NCBI RefSeq assembly: GCF_963921235.1
Contig: NC_086098.1
Location: forward strand, 2,914,001 to 2,978,000
Direction: 5' to 3'
Length of the DNA: 64,000 nucleotides
From: Mobula hypostoma
Taxonomy: Eukaryota
Positions 37,050 to 49,485 of this stretch are shown piece after piece. Position 1 is the stretch's first letter, and each line of letters begins with the position of its first letter. A program made the position numbers and the translations under genes. The notes under the pieces are model-generated. The model was not told where the DNA came from and ran no database searches. It was given only the letters and a program-made list of their open reading frames with translations.

Positions 37050-40000
37050 CAAGAAGACACAAGAACAGAATGAGGCCATTCAGCCCATTGAGTCTGCTCC
37101 ACCATTCCATCATGGCTGATCCGGAATCCCACTCAAACCCCATACACCTGCCTTCTTGCCATATCCTTTGATGCCCTGACTGATCAGGAAATGGTCAACT
37201 ACCTTAAATATACCTATGGACTTGAACTCCACCGCAGTCCGTGGCAGAGCATTCCGCAGATTCACCACTCTCTGGCTAAAAAAATGCTTCCATACCTCTG
37301 TTCTAAAGGCTCACCCCTCAACTTCGAGGCTGTGGCCTATAGATCAGGAGACCTCCCCCCCCCCCCGCCCACCATAGAAAACATCCTCGCAACATCTACC
37401 CTATCTAGTCCTTTCAACATGTGGTAGGTTTAAATTAGATCTCCATGCATTCCTCTAAATCAATGGTCCCCAACCTCCGGGCCACGGACCGATACATTGC
37501 CGTGAGGAATACAGCGGTACAGCGGTGACTGGAGTGCGCCCAGCACATCTTTAAGAAACAAAGCCAAAATAAACAAGTTAATTAATTTGGTGCCACCTGG
37601 CACGTGAATGTCGGCCCAGATCAGAGGAGACACAATCGGCAATTTACAACATTTACGTGCCGGGTGGCAGCTAATTAATTAGATTGTTTATTTCGGCTTT
37701 TTTTCTTAAAGATGTGCTGGGCGTGTTCCAGCCACCGCTGCACCGCTGCATTCTTCGTGGCAATGTATCGGTCCACAGCCTGGAGGTTGGGGACCATTGA
37801 TCTAAATTCCACTGAGTACAGGCCCAAAACTACCAAACGCTCCTCATATGTTAACCCCCTCATTCCCATAATCATCCTCATGAACCTCCTCCGGATTCTC
37901 TCCAATGACAACAGCTGCTTTCTGAGATATGGAGCCCAAAACTGTTAATAGTACTCCAAGAGCAGCCTGACTGGTGCCTTATAAAGGCTCAGCATTATCT
38001 CCTTGCTTTCTATTCCCCGTGAAATAAATGCCAACATTGCATTTGCCTTTTTTACCCCGTATAAATTAACCTTCTGGGAGTCTTGTACAAGGACTCCTAA
38101 GTCCTTCTGCACATCTGATGTTTGAACCTTCTCCCCATTTAGATAGCAGTCCACTCGATTGTTTCTTTTACCAAGATGCATTATCATATATTTCCCAACA
38201 CTCTATTCCATTTGCCCCATTTTTGTACATTCTGACAATTTGACCAAGATCTGCTACAATCGCATTGCTTCCTCAGCACTACCTATCCCTCCACCTATAG
38301 TTGTATCCGCTGCAAACTTTGCGACAAAGCCATCAATTCCGTTATCCAAATCATTGACAAACAATGTGAAAAGCAACGGTCCCAATACTGACCATTGAGT
38401 AACATCACCACTCACTGGTAGCCAACCAGAAAACGCCTCTTTTATTCCTACTTACTGCCTCCTGCCTGTTAGTCAACCCTCTATCCATGCCAGTATCTTT
38501 CCTGTAAAGCCATAGGATTTTATCTTGTTTAGCAGCCTGATGTGTGGCACCTTACAAATGCCTTCGGAAAATCTAAGTAAATGACATCCACTGACACTCC
38601 TTTGTCCACTCTGCTTGTTCCTTCCTCGAAGAACTCCAACAGATTTCTCAGGCAAGATTTCCCTTGACAGAAACCATGCTGACTTTGACTTATTGTATCG
38701 TTCGTCTCCAAATACCCCAAAACCTCATCCTTCAGAATAGACTCCAGCACTTTCCCAAACACTGAGGTTTAGGCTAACTGATCTATAATTTCCTTTCTTT
38801 TCCCTTCCTCCCTTCTTAAAGAGTAAAGTAACATTTGCGGTTTTCCAGTTCTCCGGAACCAAATCAGCACCAAGTGATTCTTGAAAGTTCATGGCCAGTG
38901 CATCAGTTACCTCTTCAGCAACCTCCTTCAGGACTCTGGGATGTAGTCCATTTTGTCCAGGTGACTTATCCACATTAAGACCTTTGAGATTGCCTGGCAC
39001 TTTTTGTTTTGTAATAGTAATGGCAATAACTCCTGCTCCCTGACATTCACGGACCTCAGGCACACTGCTGGTGTCCTCCACAGTGAAGGCTGCTGCAAAG
39101 TTCATTTGCCATTTCTTTGTCCTCCATTATTATGTTACCAGCATCATTTTCCAGTGGTACAATATCAACTCTCACCTTGCTTTTACTCTTTATATAATTG
39201 AAAAAAGTTTTCATATCCTGCTTTATATTATTGGCTAATTTGACCTCACTATGTTTTCCCTTATAGCTTTTTTAGTTGTCTTGTGTTAGATTTTAAAAGC
39301 TTCCCAATCATCCAATTTCCCAAACATTTTTGCTACTTTATATGCCCTCTCCTCGGCTTTTATACAGTCCCTGTCAATTTCACTTGTCAACCATGGTTGC
39401 TTACTTCTATCACTTGAGAACTTCTTAAGTGAGACATATCTATTCTGCGTCTTGTGAGCTACTCCCAGAAACTTCTGCCATCTCTTCTGTGCTGTCATCT
39501 CCACTAATATTCTTGTCCAATCCACCTGGGCAAGCTCCTCTCATGCCTCTGTAATTCCCTTTATTCTATTGCGATACTGATACATCTGACTTATGCTTCT
39601 CCTTCTCATATTGCAGTATGAATTCCATCATACTATGATCACTGTCTCCTCAGGGTTCCTTTACATTAAGCTCCCTTATAAGATTTGGGTTTTTACACAG
39701 CATGAAATCTTAGAGAGCCTTTTCCTGAGTAAGCTCAAGTGTAAGCTGCTTTAAAAAGCCAACTTGTAAGCATTCAACAGCATGTCACCTCTTTCTAAAG
39801 ATGTCATTCCATCTCTTACAAGCTGAACCATTCCAACTATTATGGCTTCCTGCCTGTCCTTTCGATACAAAGTATATCCTTTGATGTTAAACTCCAACTA
39901 TGGGTCTTCTTTCAGCTACGACTCAGTGATGCCAAAAACGTCATCCCGACCAATCTCTAATTGTGCCATGATTTCATCCACATTATTCTGAATGCTACGT

Positions 40001-40142
40001 GCATTTAAAAGCAGCACTTTCAGTCCTGCATTCTTCGCCTTTTTGAATTTTGCATCTGTGGTACAATCTAACTCTTTGCTATGTCTGCATTTGTATCTAA
40101 TCATTGGCTTGTCCTTTCTTACATTCATGTTACATCCATCAT
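37050..40142 (-). mobile_element. CR1 element B: ORF2 from endonuclease start to 3' tail, decayed with internal deletions
   Basis: LKVLLLNARSIQN..GITES, KSPGQNGLHPRVLKE, SQHGFCQGKSCL, VDVIYLDF. Confidence 0.92.
37461..37799. mobile_element. hAT (Charlie-like) MITE with long TIRs
   Basis: CAATGGTCCCCAACCTCC...GGAGGTTGGGGACCATTG; 8-bp TSD CTCTAAAT/ATCTAAAT; arms ~150 bp. Confidence 0.92.
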
Positions 40143-40329
40143 AAAACAAAGAACAAAGGAATCTGCAGCACATTACAGGCCCTTCGGCCCACAATGTTGT
40201 GCCGACCATGTAACCTACTCTAGAAACTTCCTAGAATTTCCCTACCGCATAGCCCCCTATTTTTCTAAGCTCCATGTACCTATCTACATTCCTTAAAAGA
40301 CCCTATTGTTTCTGCCTCTACCACCTTCA

Positions 40330-42580
40330 CTGGCAGTGCATTCCACTCACCCACCACTCTCTAGTGAAAAACTTACCCCTGACATCCCCTTGGTACCTAT
40401 TTCCAACTTAAAACTATTTCCAACTTCATGTTAGCCATTTCGGCCGTGGGAAAAAAACCTCTGACTATCCACACGATCAATGCCTCTCATCATCGAATAC
40501 ACCTCTATCAGATCACCTCTCATCCTCTGTCGCTCCAGCGAGAAAAGGCCAAGTTCACTCAATCTATTGTCATGAGACATGCTCTCCAATCCAGGCAACA
40601 TCCTTGTAAATCTCCTCTGCGCCCTTTCTATAGTATCAACATCCTTCCTGTAGTAAGGTGACCAGAACTCAACACAGTACTCCAAGTGGGGTCTAACTAA
40701 GATCTTATATAGCTGTAACTTCACCTCATGGCTCATAAGCTCAGTCCTACAGTTGATTAATGCCAACACACCATATGCCTTCTTAATAACACTGTCAACC
40801 TGCACAGCAGCTTTGAGTGTCCTATGGACATGGACCCCAGGATCTGGCTGATCCTCCACACTGACAAGAGTCAAAACATTAATATTATATTCTGTCTTCA
40901 AAGTTGACCTACTAAAATGAACCACTTCTCACTTATCTGGGTTGAACTCCATCTGCCACTTATCAGCCCAGTTCTGCATCCCATCGATTTCCTATGGTAA
41001 CCTCTGGCAAACCTCCAGATTATCTAAAGCAGCCCCAGCTTTTGCATCATCAGCAATCTTCCATGCAGATTATCCCTCATCAGATTATGTCTCTCCAAAT
41101 GCTCATCAGTCCTGCCTCTCAGGATCTTCTCCAACAACTTGCTCACCACTGAAGTAAAACTCATTAGTTTATAATTTCCTGGGTTATCTCTACTCCCTTT
41201 CTTGAACAAGGGAACAACATTTGCAAACCTCTTATCCCGCGGTATTTATGATGCAAGGATCATTGCCAGAAGCTCAGCAATTCACTCCCTCGCTTCCCAC
41301 AGTAGCCTGGAGTATATTTCATCTGGATTGAGAGACTTATTTAATTTACTGCTTTTCAAAAGCTCCAGCATATCCTCTTTCTTAATGTCTATATGCTCAA
41401 GCTTTTCAGTCAACTGTAAGTCATCCCCACAATTGCCAAGGTCCTTTTTCCTGGTAAATACTGAAGCAAAGTATTCATTAAGCACCTCCACTACCTCCTC
41501 TGACTCCATGCACTATTGCACTTAATTGGTCATATTCTCACACGGCTCATCCTCTTGCTCTTCACATACTTGTAGAATGCCTTGGGGTTTTCCTTAATCC
41601 TGCTAGCTAAGGTCTTCTCATGGCCCTTTCTAGCTCTCCTATTTTCATTCTTAAGCTCCTTCCTGGCAACCTTGTAAACTTCTAGAGCTCTAGTTTCTTG
41701 AATCTTCTTAACTAGGTTTTCTACATCCTTTGTACACCTAGATTCTTTTACCCTACAATCCTTTCTCTGCCTCAATGGAACATAACTATGCAGAACAACA
41801 TGCAAATGTTCCTTGAACATTTGCCATATTTTTGCTGTGCATTTTTCTGAGAACACCTACTCCCAATTTACGCTCCCAACTTTCTGCCTAATAGCGTCAT
41901 ATTTCTCCCAATCCCTCTCCATTGCTAAGGCAAAGGAGACAGAATTGTGATCACTATCTCCAAAATCGTCTCCCACTGAGAGATCTGACACCTGACCAGG
42001 TTCATTTCCCAATACCAGTACTGCCTCTCTTCTCATTGGATTATCTACATATTGCATCAGAAAACCTTCCTGAACACACCTATCAAACTCCACCCCATCC
42101 AAACCCCTTGTTTTAAGGAGATAACAGTCAATATTTGGAAACTTAAAATCACCCATCATAACAACCCTATTATTATTGCATCGTTCCAGAATCTGCCTCC
42201 ATATCTGCTCCTGGGTGTCTCTGTTACTATTGGGGAGGGGGTTGATAAAAACTCCCAGTAGAGTTATTGCCCCTTTCCTGTTTCTAACTTCCACCCACAA
42301 TGACTCAGTAGGCAATTCCTCCATGACTTCCTCCTTTTCTACAGCAGTGATACTATTCCTGATTAGCAATGCCATGTCCCCACCTCTTTTGCCTCCCTCT
42401 TTGTTCTTTTTGAAACATCTAAAGCCTGCACACTCAGCAGCCGTTCCTGCCCCTGAGAAATCCAAGTCTCTGTAATGGCCACAATGTCATAGTTCCACAT
42501 ATTGATCCACGCTCTAAGTTCATCCACCTTGTTTATGATACTCCTTACATTAAAATAGACACATCCCAAACCATCTGGCT
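40330..42580 (-). pseudogene. CR1 ORF2 (APE endonuclease plus truncated RT)
   Basis: CVYFNVRSIINK..DIVAITETW, MGDFKFP, GDSDHNSV, KENPKAFYKYV. Confidence 0.9.
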
Positions 42581-42699
42581 GAGTGCATCTTTGCTCTATC
42601 ATCTGCCTATCCTTCCTCACAAACTCCCTACAAACTGTCTCTACTTGTGTGCTAAACCCCCATCGTCTGCCTCTTCACTTCAGTTCCCACCCCTCTGCA

Positions 42700-43480
42700 A
42701 ATCTAGTTTTAACTCTCCCCTATAGCATTAGCAAACCTCCCTCCCAGAATATTGGTTGCCCTCCAGTTCAGGTGCAACCCGTCCCATTTGTATAGGTCAG
42801 CCCTTCCCCAGAAAAGGTTCCAATGATCCAAGAACTTGAAACCCTGCTCCTTGCAACATCTCCTCAGTCACCCATTCATCTGCGCTATCTTCTTGTTCTG
42901 TCCTTCTCTAGCTCGTGGCACTGGGAGTAATCTTGAGGTTACCACCTTGGAGGTCCTGCTCTTCAACTCCTTCCTAACTCCCTAAACTTACTGACAGGAC
43001 CTCTACCCCTCTCTTGCCTATGTCATTGGTACCAACATGTACCACAACCTCTGGCTGAAGGGCTCCGTCCCCTTCAAGAATATTCCACATATTGCTCAGA
43101 GACAACAGCTCAGAGACATTCTGGACCCCATCAAACTGGAGGCAACACATTATCCTGGCATCTATTTTGCTGCCACAGAATCTCCTTTCAGTCCCCCTAA
43201 TTAACCCAGCACTGATTACCTTCCCCTCTTGGTGTTCACCCATCTACTTCCTGAATTCTGCACTCTGGGTGTAACCACCTGCTCAACAGTCATATCTATC
43301 AATTGCTCTGCCTCCTGGATGACCCTAAGTTCATCCAACTCCATCTCCAGCGTCTTAATGTGGCCTTTCATGAGCTGGAGTTGGCTGCACTTCCCGTGGG
43401 TGTAATCATCAGGGAGACCATCAGGTTCCGTGAATTCCCACATCCTCCATGAGGAGCATCCCACTGCCATATCTGCCATC
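42700..43480 (-). pseudogene. CR1 ORF1 (zinc finger/coiled coil plus SGNH esterase-like domain)
   Basis: VGCSSWRMWE..DYTHGKCSQLQL..LEMELDELR; LIRGTERRFCG; PEVVVHVGTNDIG. Confidence 0.88.
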
Positions 43481-43902
43481 CTGCCTGCGCTGTACAATGG
43501 GCAACCAAGACCAAATCAGCAATAATGAAAGAAAAAATCTACCCTTGATACCTGTTTCTTTGGCCCAGCCACTTCTCATTGAAGCCTCTTGAGTCAAAGC
43601 CTTCAAGTTCACATTCTGACTCTGGCCCCCACTCCAACGATGGCTGATCTGCAAGACTCTCTCTCTCTTTTATGGTTTTATTACAATCGTAATTGCTTGG
43701 ACTGAAATTATGTAGATCAAGGTCAAAATAAATTTATTAACAAAACAGAAAACTGAAAAACCCCCAAGCAAGGAGAAAGAACTCACTCCATTTGGTGGTG
43801 TTCCGCCTGCCTTCTGCTGCTGCCGATGTCTATGATGCTTCCCGCACTTGCGTACTAAGAACAACTCCCACACAAGGAGAAAGAACTCACCTTGCTGAGA
43901 TT

Positions 43903-44290
43903 ATCTACTTGTAAACCTGCTGGCTCATCCTCAGCTCTATCTTACTGGCTCCCAACCCCCTGCCATATTAGGTTAAACTACTCCCAACAGCTCTAATAAA
44001 CCCACCCGCAGGAATATTTGTCCCCCTCAGATTCAAGCGCAACCTATCCCTTTTGTACAGATCACACCTGCCCCAGAAGTGGTCCCAAGTATCCAGAAAT
44101 CTGAATCTCTGCCCCCTGCTCCAAATCTTCAGCCACATAGTTACCTACCACCTCATTCTATTCCTATCCTCACTGTCCCGTGGCACAGGCAGCAATCTCG
44201 AGATTACTACCCTTGAGGTCCTGCTTCTCAGCTTCCTTCCTAACTCCTAGTATTCTTTTTTCAGGAGCTCCTGCCTTTCTCTATCTTTTT
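43903..44290 (-). mobile_element. Upstream continuation of CR1 element B (ORF1 esterase end)
   Basis: Minus RKLRSRTSRVVISRLLPVPRDS..DLYKRDRLRLNLRGTNI; homologous to 42700-42980. Confidence 0.8.
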
Positions 44291-45229
44291 GACTGACAGG
44301 AGTTGCCAGTCGGCATTGAACTCAATGTAGGACGGCCTTCGGGACTCTAGCTGCAGTAACTTACGACAGTAGGCAGTTTAAATTGTTTGGCACAGACTAG
44401 ATGGGCCGAAGGTCCTGTTTCTGTGCTGTACTTTTTTATGACTCTGTCACCCTACAACCCACCTTTGCTCCTTCTCCTGTCAGTAGAAATTATTACACCA
44501 AACTTTGTAGCTAAGCTACACATAAAGGCCAGGAGCTGGACTTGGTTGTCAGAGGCTATTTGAGACACACAGTTGGGAGCATTTAATAGGTAGTGGACGC
44601 ATGTCCCCACCACTACCCCCAGCTATAACAACCTTAAGGAACCATGCACCCATCACTCTCTGTGTAAAAATCTTACCTCTGATTTCACCTCACCCCCATA
44701 CGTACCTCCAGTCAATGAAAATGTATGCCCTTCATCTTTGTCATTTTTGCCCTGGGAAATCTCACTGGCTGTACACTCAATGTATGACTCTTATCAGCTT
44801 GTACACCTCTATCAGGTCACATCTCACCCTCTTTTTCTCCAAACAGAAAAGTCTTCACTCACTCAACCAATCTTCAGAAGACTGATTTATAATCCAGATA
44901 TCATCCTCTGCATCCCCTCTAAAGATACCAAAATACACTCAAAACATCTCCAACCTTTTCTTATCAAAGTTATTGGGCATTTAGTCACCTCCCAAATCCA
45001 TGCCAACTTTCTCCATCTCTTCCAATTTAAGTCCATCCACCCAGAGGCACATATCTCCACAGCAAAGTATATCAACGCTGAGATTTCCTCTCACTATTAT
45101 ATAAGTCCTACTTGACTTCTTTGTGAAAACCAACACAATCAATTGCACCTTCCCCGTACAATGCATCTCCTGGCTTGACCAGTTCACTTGGAACCCTTGT
45201 TTTGTTTCCTATTGACCTACTTCGTATTG

Positions 45230-46025
45230 TCTCCTCTCACTATTACCATCGGGAAGGAGGTACAGGAGGTTGACATCCCACACCATGAGGTTCAGGAAGA
45301 GTTATTACCCTTCAGCTATCAGGCTCCTGGACGGGTGTGGATAACTTCACTCACCACAACACTGAACTGAAATGATCACTGAACACAGCCTATCAATTCA
45401 CTTTGAAGGACATCATCTCAGCATTATTTCTTATTTGTATCTGCACAATTTGTCTTCTTTTGTACTTTGGTTCTCTGTCAGTCATTGTTATTTATAGCTT
45501 TTCATAAATTCTGTTGTATTTGTTTGTATTTCCTGCAAATGCCTGCAAGACAATGAATCTCAGGGTTGTATAGGTGACATGCATCTGTTTTGTTAATAAA
45601 TTTATTTTGATCTTGATCTACATAATTTCAGTCAAAGCAATTAAGATTATAACACAAGGTATCTGTAAAAACGTCTTTTATTCTAACAAGTTTTACTTCA
45701 AGAAGCGGATTTGTAGTAAAGAGGACCGGTTTACAAGATTATCCAAACTATCAACAAATGGGCATCCTGGTAGTGTGGAGGACAGCATGACGCCATTACA
45801 GCGCAGGGCATCCTGGAGTCAGCACTGTTCTGTAAGGCGTTTGTATATCCTCCCTGTGGAATGCGTGAGATTTCCCCAGTCCTCCCCCAATCCAAAGACA
45901 TACCGGGGAAATGCAAATTGTCCTGTGATTAGGTTAGGGTTAACTGGATTTGTCGGGGATCACTGGGGTGGCATGACTCAAAGGGGCAGAAAGGCATACT
46001 CTGCGGTGTATCACTAAATAAAATA
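45230..46025 (+). repeat. Rex1 3' end (45230-45610) and SINE (45767-46025)
   Basis: LPSGRRYRR..RFRKSYYPSAIRLL; SINE tail GTATCACTAAATAAAATAA. Confidence 0.7.
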
Positions 46026-47699
46026 AATACCGTGCATAACTAAAGGCAGCTTCCCTATATTGCAATGAGAACTTGGAATTCTGACATTTTCCTGTGAGAA
46101 TATGGAATTCCAAAAATTGCTGTTAGTGATTGAACACCGAGCTAGAAGCTGCAATCCACTCCCGGACTCTTCACCGAGTTCCATGTGACAAATAGAGACC
46201 GAGCAGGAACTCCCTGCTCCTCACACCATGGGATCACGCAGGGAGCTTACACAAGGCTGCAGTGACCGCTGAGGGGAGATAGGCTGGAGCGGGACACTTC
46301 TTTCTGTTTGCAAACCTCCAAACTCTCCTCACCTGCAAGTAGGTTACCCGCGATGTCTCCCCTTCAGTAAGGCAACGTGGAAATCAGATACAAGTGATTC
46401 AAAGGGTAACCAGAGGAAGAGCTGAAGACACAGACTCAACGTTTCAGGGAGAGTTTCTTTCCCCCCACCATCCGATTTCTAAACGGTCCATGAACCCATG
46501 AACATTACCTTACTATTTCACTCTTGTTTTGCACTAATTATATGTATCTCTTATTGTAATTTATAGTGTTTTTTTACATATTGCATAGTACTACTGCCAC
46601 AAAACAACAAGTTTCAGGACATCAGCGATAGTAAACCTGATTCTAATTTGAGGCACAGATCTGGAAGCTTAAGTGCAGAAAGTGAGCAGGAAACTGGCTT
46701 TAGATTAGGCTGAGGACATGAAAACTTTCTGTGTTAATATACAATCTAACATACTGCAAATGAGCTCTGAACATCTGCTAATTGTGTATCGCACTCCACA
46801 ATTCCAGCATTTATGCAGCATAGTAAATTATAGCGCGGTACAGGTCCTTCAGCACACGATGTTGTGTCAAACTTTTAACCTACTCTAAACTCAGTCTAAT
46901 CCTTCCCTCCACATAGCCCTCTATTTTCTATCATCCACGTGTCTATCTAAGAGATTCTTAAATGTTTCTAAAGTATTGCCTCCACCATCATTCCACACAC
47001 CTGTGTTAAAAAAACCTACCTCAGACACCCCCCTGTACTTCCCTCAAATCACCTTAAATTTGCTCCCCCTTATATTAGCTGTTTTCCAGCCTGGAAAGAA
47101 AATCTCTGTGTCCATTCAATCTATGCCTCTTATCATCTTGTCCATTTATTTTCAGATTTTCAGATTTTACAGCCTGAAAATAATTAACTATGTAACACAC
47201 AACCAGACATTTTCATGAGAAAATGTGGTAAATTTTAGAACTGCTTTCGTTTTATATCCCTGCTGCACATGGATCAAGAACATTGTGCAATTCCTATGAA
47301 GCAATGTGTATATAAGATCACAGAACAAGACAAAGGATGTAGATTTAATTGAAAACGCTTTCCAATTAATAAAATATGAATTTCCTATCAGTATGAGCAC
47401 TTAAATGTCAAAAGGAAACCACAGATGACTACTTTAGGAAAGTACTCTGGTTGGTCACCAGTTTCTAATTCAATTTCAATTTGTTTTCCAATTTCTCTAA
47501 GTAGTAGCATTTAGCCTGGAGATTGATATGATGCAGTGCTCCTTACTTTCTGTAAATCCCTCTGTTAATCCAGCCGAAAGGACAACAAAGAGATCATTCA
47601 GAGATAGCTGACGTCGATCAAAAGAAAAGAAAACATGGCAAACCCACGGAATGAGAAAGACAGACAGGCACAATAAACAGCAGAGCCTAAAATCCAGGT

Positions 47700-49215
47700 A
47701 AACACGAGATCCTGCAGATGCTAGACTTCCAGTAAGATGGCAGTGCGCTCAGACGCAGCAGCTTCTACAGGACCAACCAAAGATGTTACGGCCTTTTATT
47801 AAATGTATTTTTTATGATCACAAGAGACTGCTGGACATTAAGAACATGAAGTGCCGCAGGTCTGCGCCGTTAGCGAGTTGCTCGTTGGCGGAGGAACTGA
47901 AGGAGCTGGACGGTGCAGATTGTGCTGCTGCCTGCAACAGAGAGGTGTCAGTGGGTGAAGTCTAAGAGCGAGTGATCACCTTAGTCGCTTCTCTTGTGAT
48001 CGTAACACCCTGCTGGACAACACTAATGTGGAATTCAGCAAGTCCAATTCACTGATCTATTGAGGGATGGCAGGGGTAGGTAATGGGAGAGCTGTGTGGC
48101 CTCGTTCGTAGCGAGGACGAGACCTGTTTACTGCCGCCCAGGACAGAGGCATTTGAGTTGGTGCACTCCACCCCACGCAGCGGGGTGGCGTGGCGCGGCG
48201 TCCAAACTGGAATCAGCGCTGCCCCCCCCCCCCCAGTATCCGCTCAGCAGGAGGCAAGCTTTATTGTGTTTGACTACAGACTGCTGCAACGTTCATGGAC
48301 TCAGAGACTTGAACTATCTTTTTATGTGACTGTATTTTACTGATATCTTATATGTGCAACATGTGCCCTGTGCTGTATGTAATTTTGGCTCTGTGTTTTT
48401 CACCTCAGGCCCAGAATAACACTGCTTCATTGGCTGTATTTATGTCTGGTTGAATGATAATTAAACTCGAACATGAAAGTTGAATTTGAATCCAGAGCAA
48501 CACGGACAAAATGCTGGAGGAACTCAGCAGGTCAGGCTGAGAATGGAAATGAATAAACAGTTATCAGGACTGGAAAGGAAGGGGGCAGAAGCCAGAATAA
48601 GAAGATGGGGGGAGGGGAAGGAGGACAAGCTGGCAGGTGATAGGTGAAGCCAGGTGTATGGGGGAGGTGTGGAATGAAGTAAGAAACTGGGAGATGATAG
48701 ATGGAAAATGCTGGAGAAGGAACGGAATCTGATAGAAGAGGGGAGAGGACCATGGGGGAAGGGTAAAGAGCAGTGGCTAAAGGGGGTGGTAATGGGTAGG
48801 TGAGGAGAAGTGGTAAGAGGCCAGAGTGCGGAAATGAAGAAAGAGGGAATTGGATCAGAAAATTACCTGAAGTTGGAGAAATTAATGTTCTTGCCAGATG
48901 GAGGCTACCTAGATGAAATATGAGGTGTTACTGCTCCAAACCGAGAGTCCCCTCAACATGGCAGAATAGGAGGCTACGCACCAACATGTCAGAATGGGAT
49001 TTGGGATAAGAAATGAAATCGTTAGCCAGCAGGAAATTCTGCTTTTGGCGGATGGAACTGAGGTGCTTGACAAAGCGGTCCCCCAATCTAGATTGGGTCT
49101 CACCAATGTAGAGGAGGCCACATTGCGTGCACCAGCCTCAGAACATGGCCCCAACAGATTTGCAGGTGAAGTGTTGCCTCACCTGGAAGGCCTGTTTAGG
49201 GGCCTGAGATCTTCG
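47700..49215 (-). mobile_element. Old Penelope-like element (GIY-YIG remnant ~48865-49190 plus terminal repeat), interrupted at 47726-48490
   Basis: Minus CGLLYIGETQSRLGDRFVKHL..NINFSNFR; purine-rich UTR; repeat AAACACGAGATCCTGCAGATGCT resumes at ATCCAGAGCAACAC. Confidence 0.85.
47726..48490 (+). mobile_element. Non-coding retroposon with AAGATGGC head and Rex1-like tail
   Basis: CTTCCAGTAAGATGGCAGTGCG head; 3' part resembles the Rex-type UTR at 3900-3995; (TTGAA) tail. Confidence 0.6.
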
Positions 49216-49289
49216 TAAGCAATATTCAGAGATTCACTTTACTATTTGTCACAGGTACACTGAAACATCGAAATATACACTGAAGTCAT

Positions 49290-49485
49290 AAACACGAGAG
49301 ATTCTGCAGATGCTGCAAACCCAGAGAAGCCCATACGAAATGCTGGAGGAACTCAGCAGGTCCGGCAGCATCTATGGAAATGAAGAAATAGTTGATGTGT
49401 CAGGTCTGGAAAATAGTCCTGATGAAGTGCCTCGGCCTGAAATGTCAACTGTTTATTCCTCTATATAGATGTGGCCTGACCTGCA
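49290..49485. mobile_element. PLE terminal-repeat palindrome with hammerhead motif at 49415-49450 (+)
   Basis: AGTC-CTGATGA-AGTGCCTCGGCCT-GAAAT-GTC-AACT. Confidence 0.78.

Larger units (their letters stand above)
40143..43665 (-). mobile_element. CR1 element A: near full length (5' UTR, ORF1, ORF2 with RT-core deletion, 3' tail)
   Basis: ORF1 and ORF2 motifs in order; deletion junction near 41058 joins the QHG region to LLMMQ/ADD. Confidence 0.92.

Noticed and set aside
46333..46365. Minus-strand micro-exon candidate ending CAG|GTGAG
   Set aside because: No supporting partner exons or recognisable peptide.
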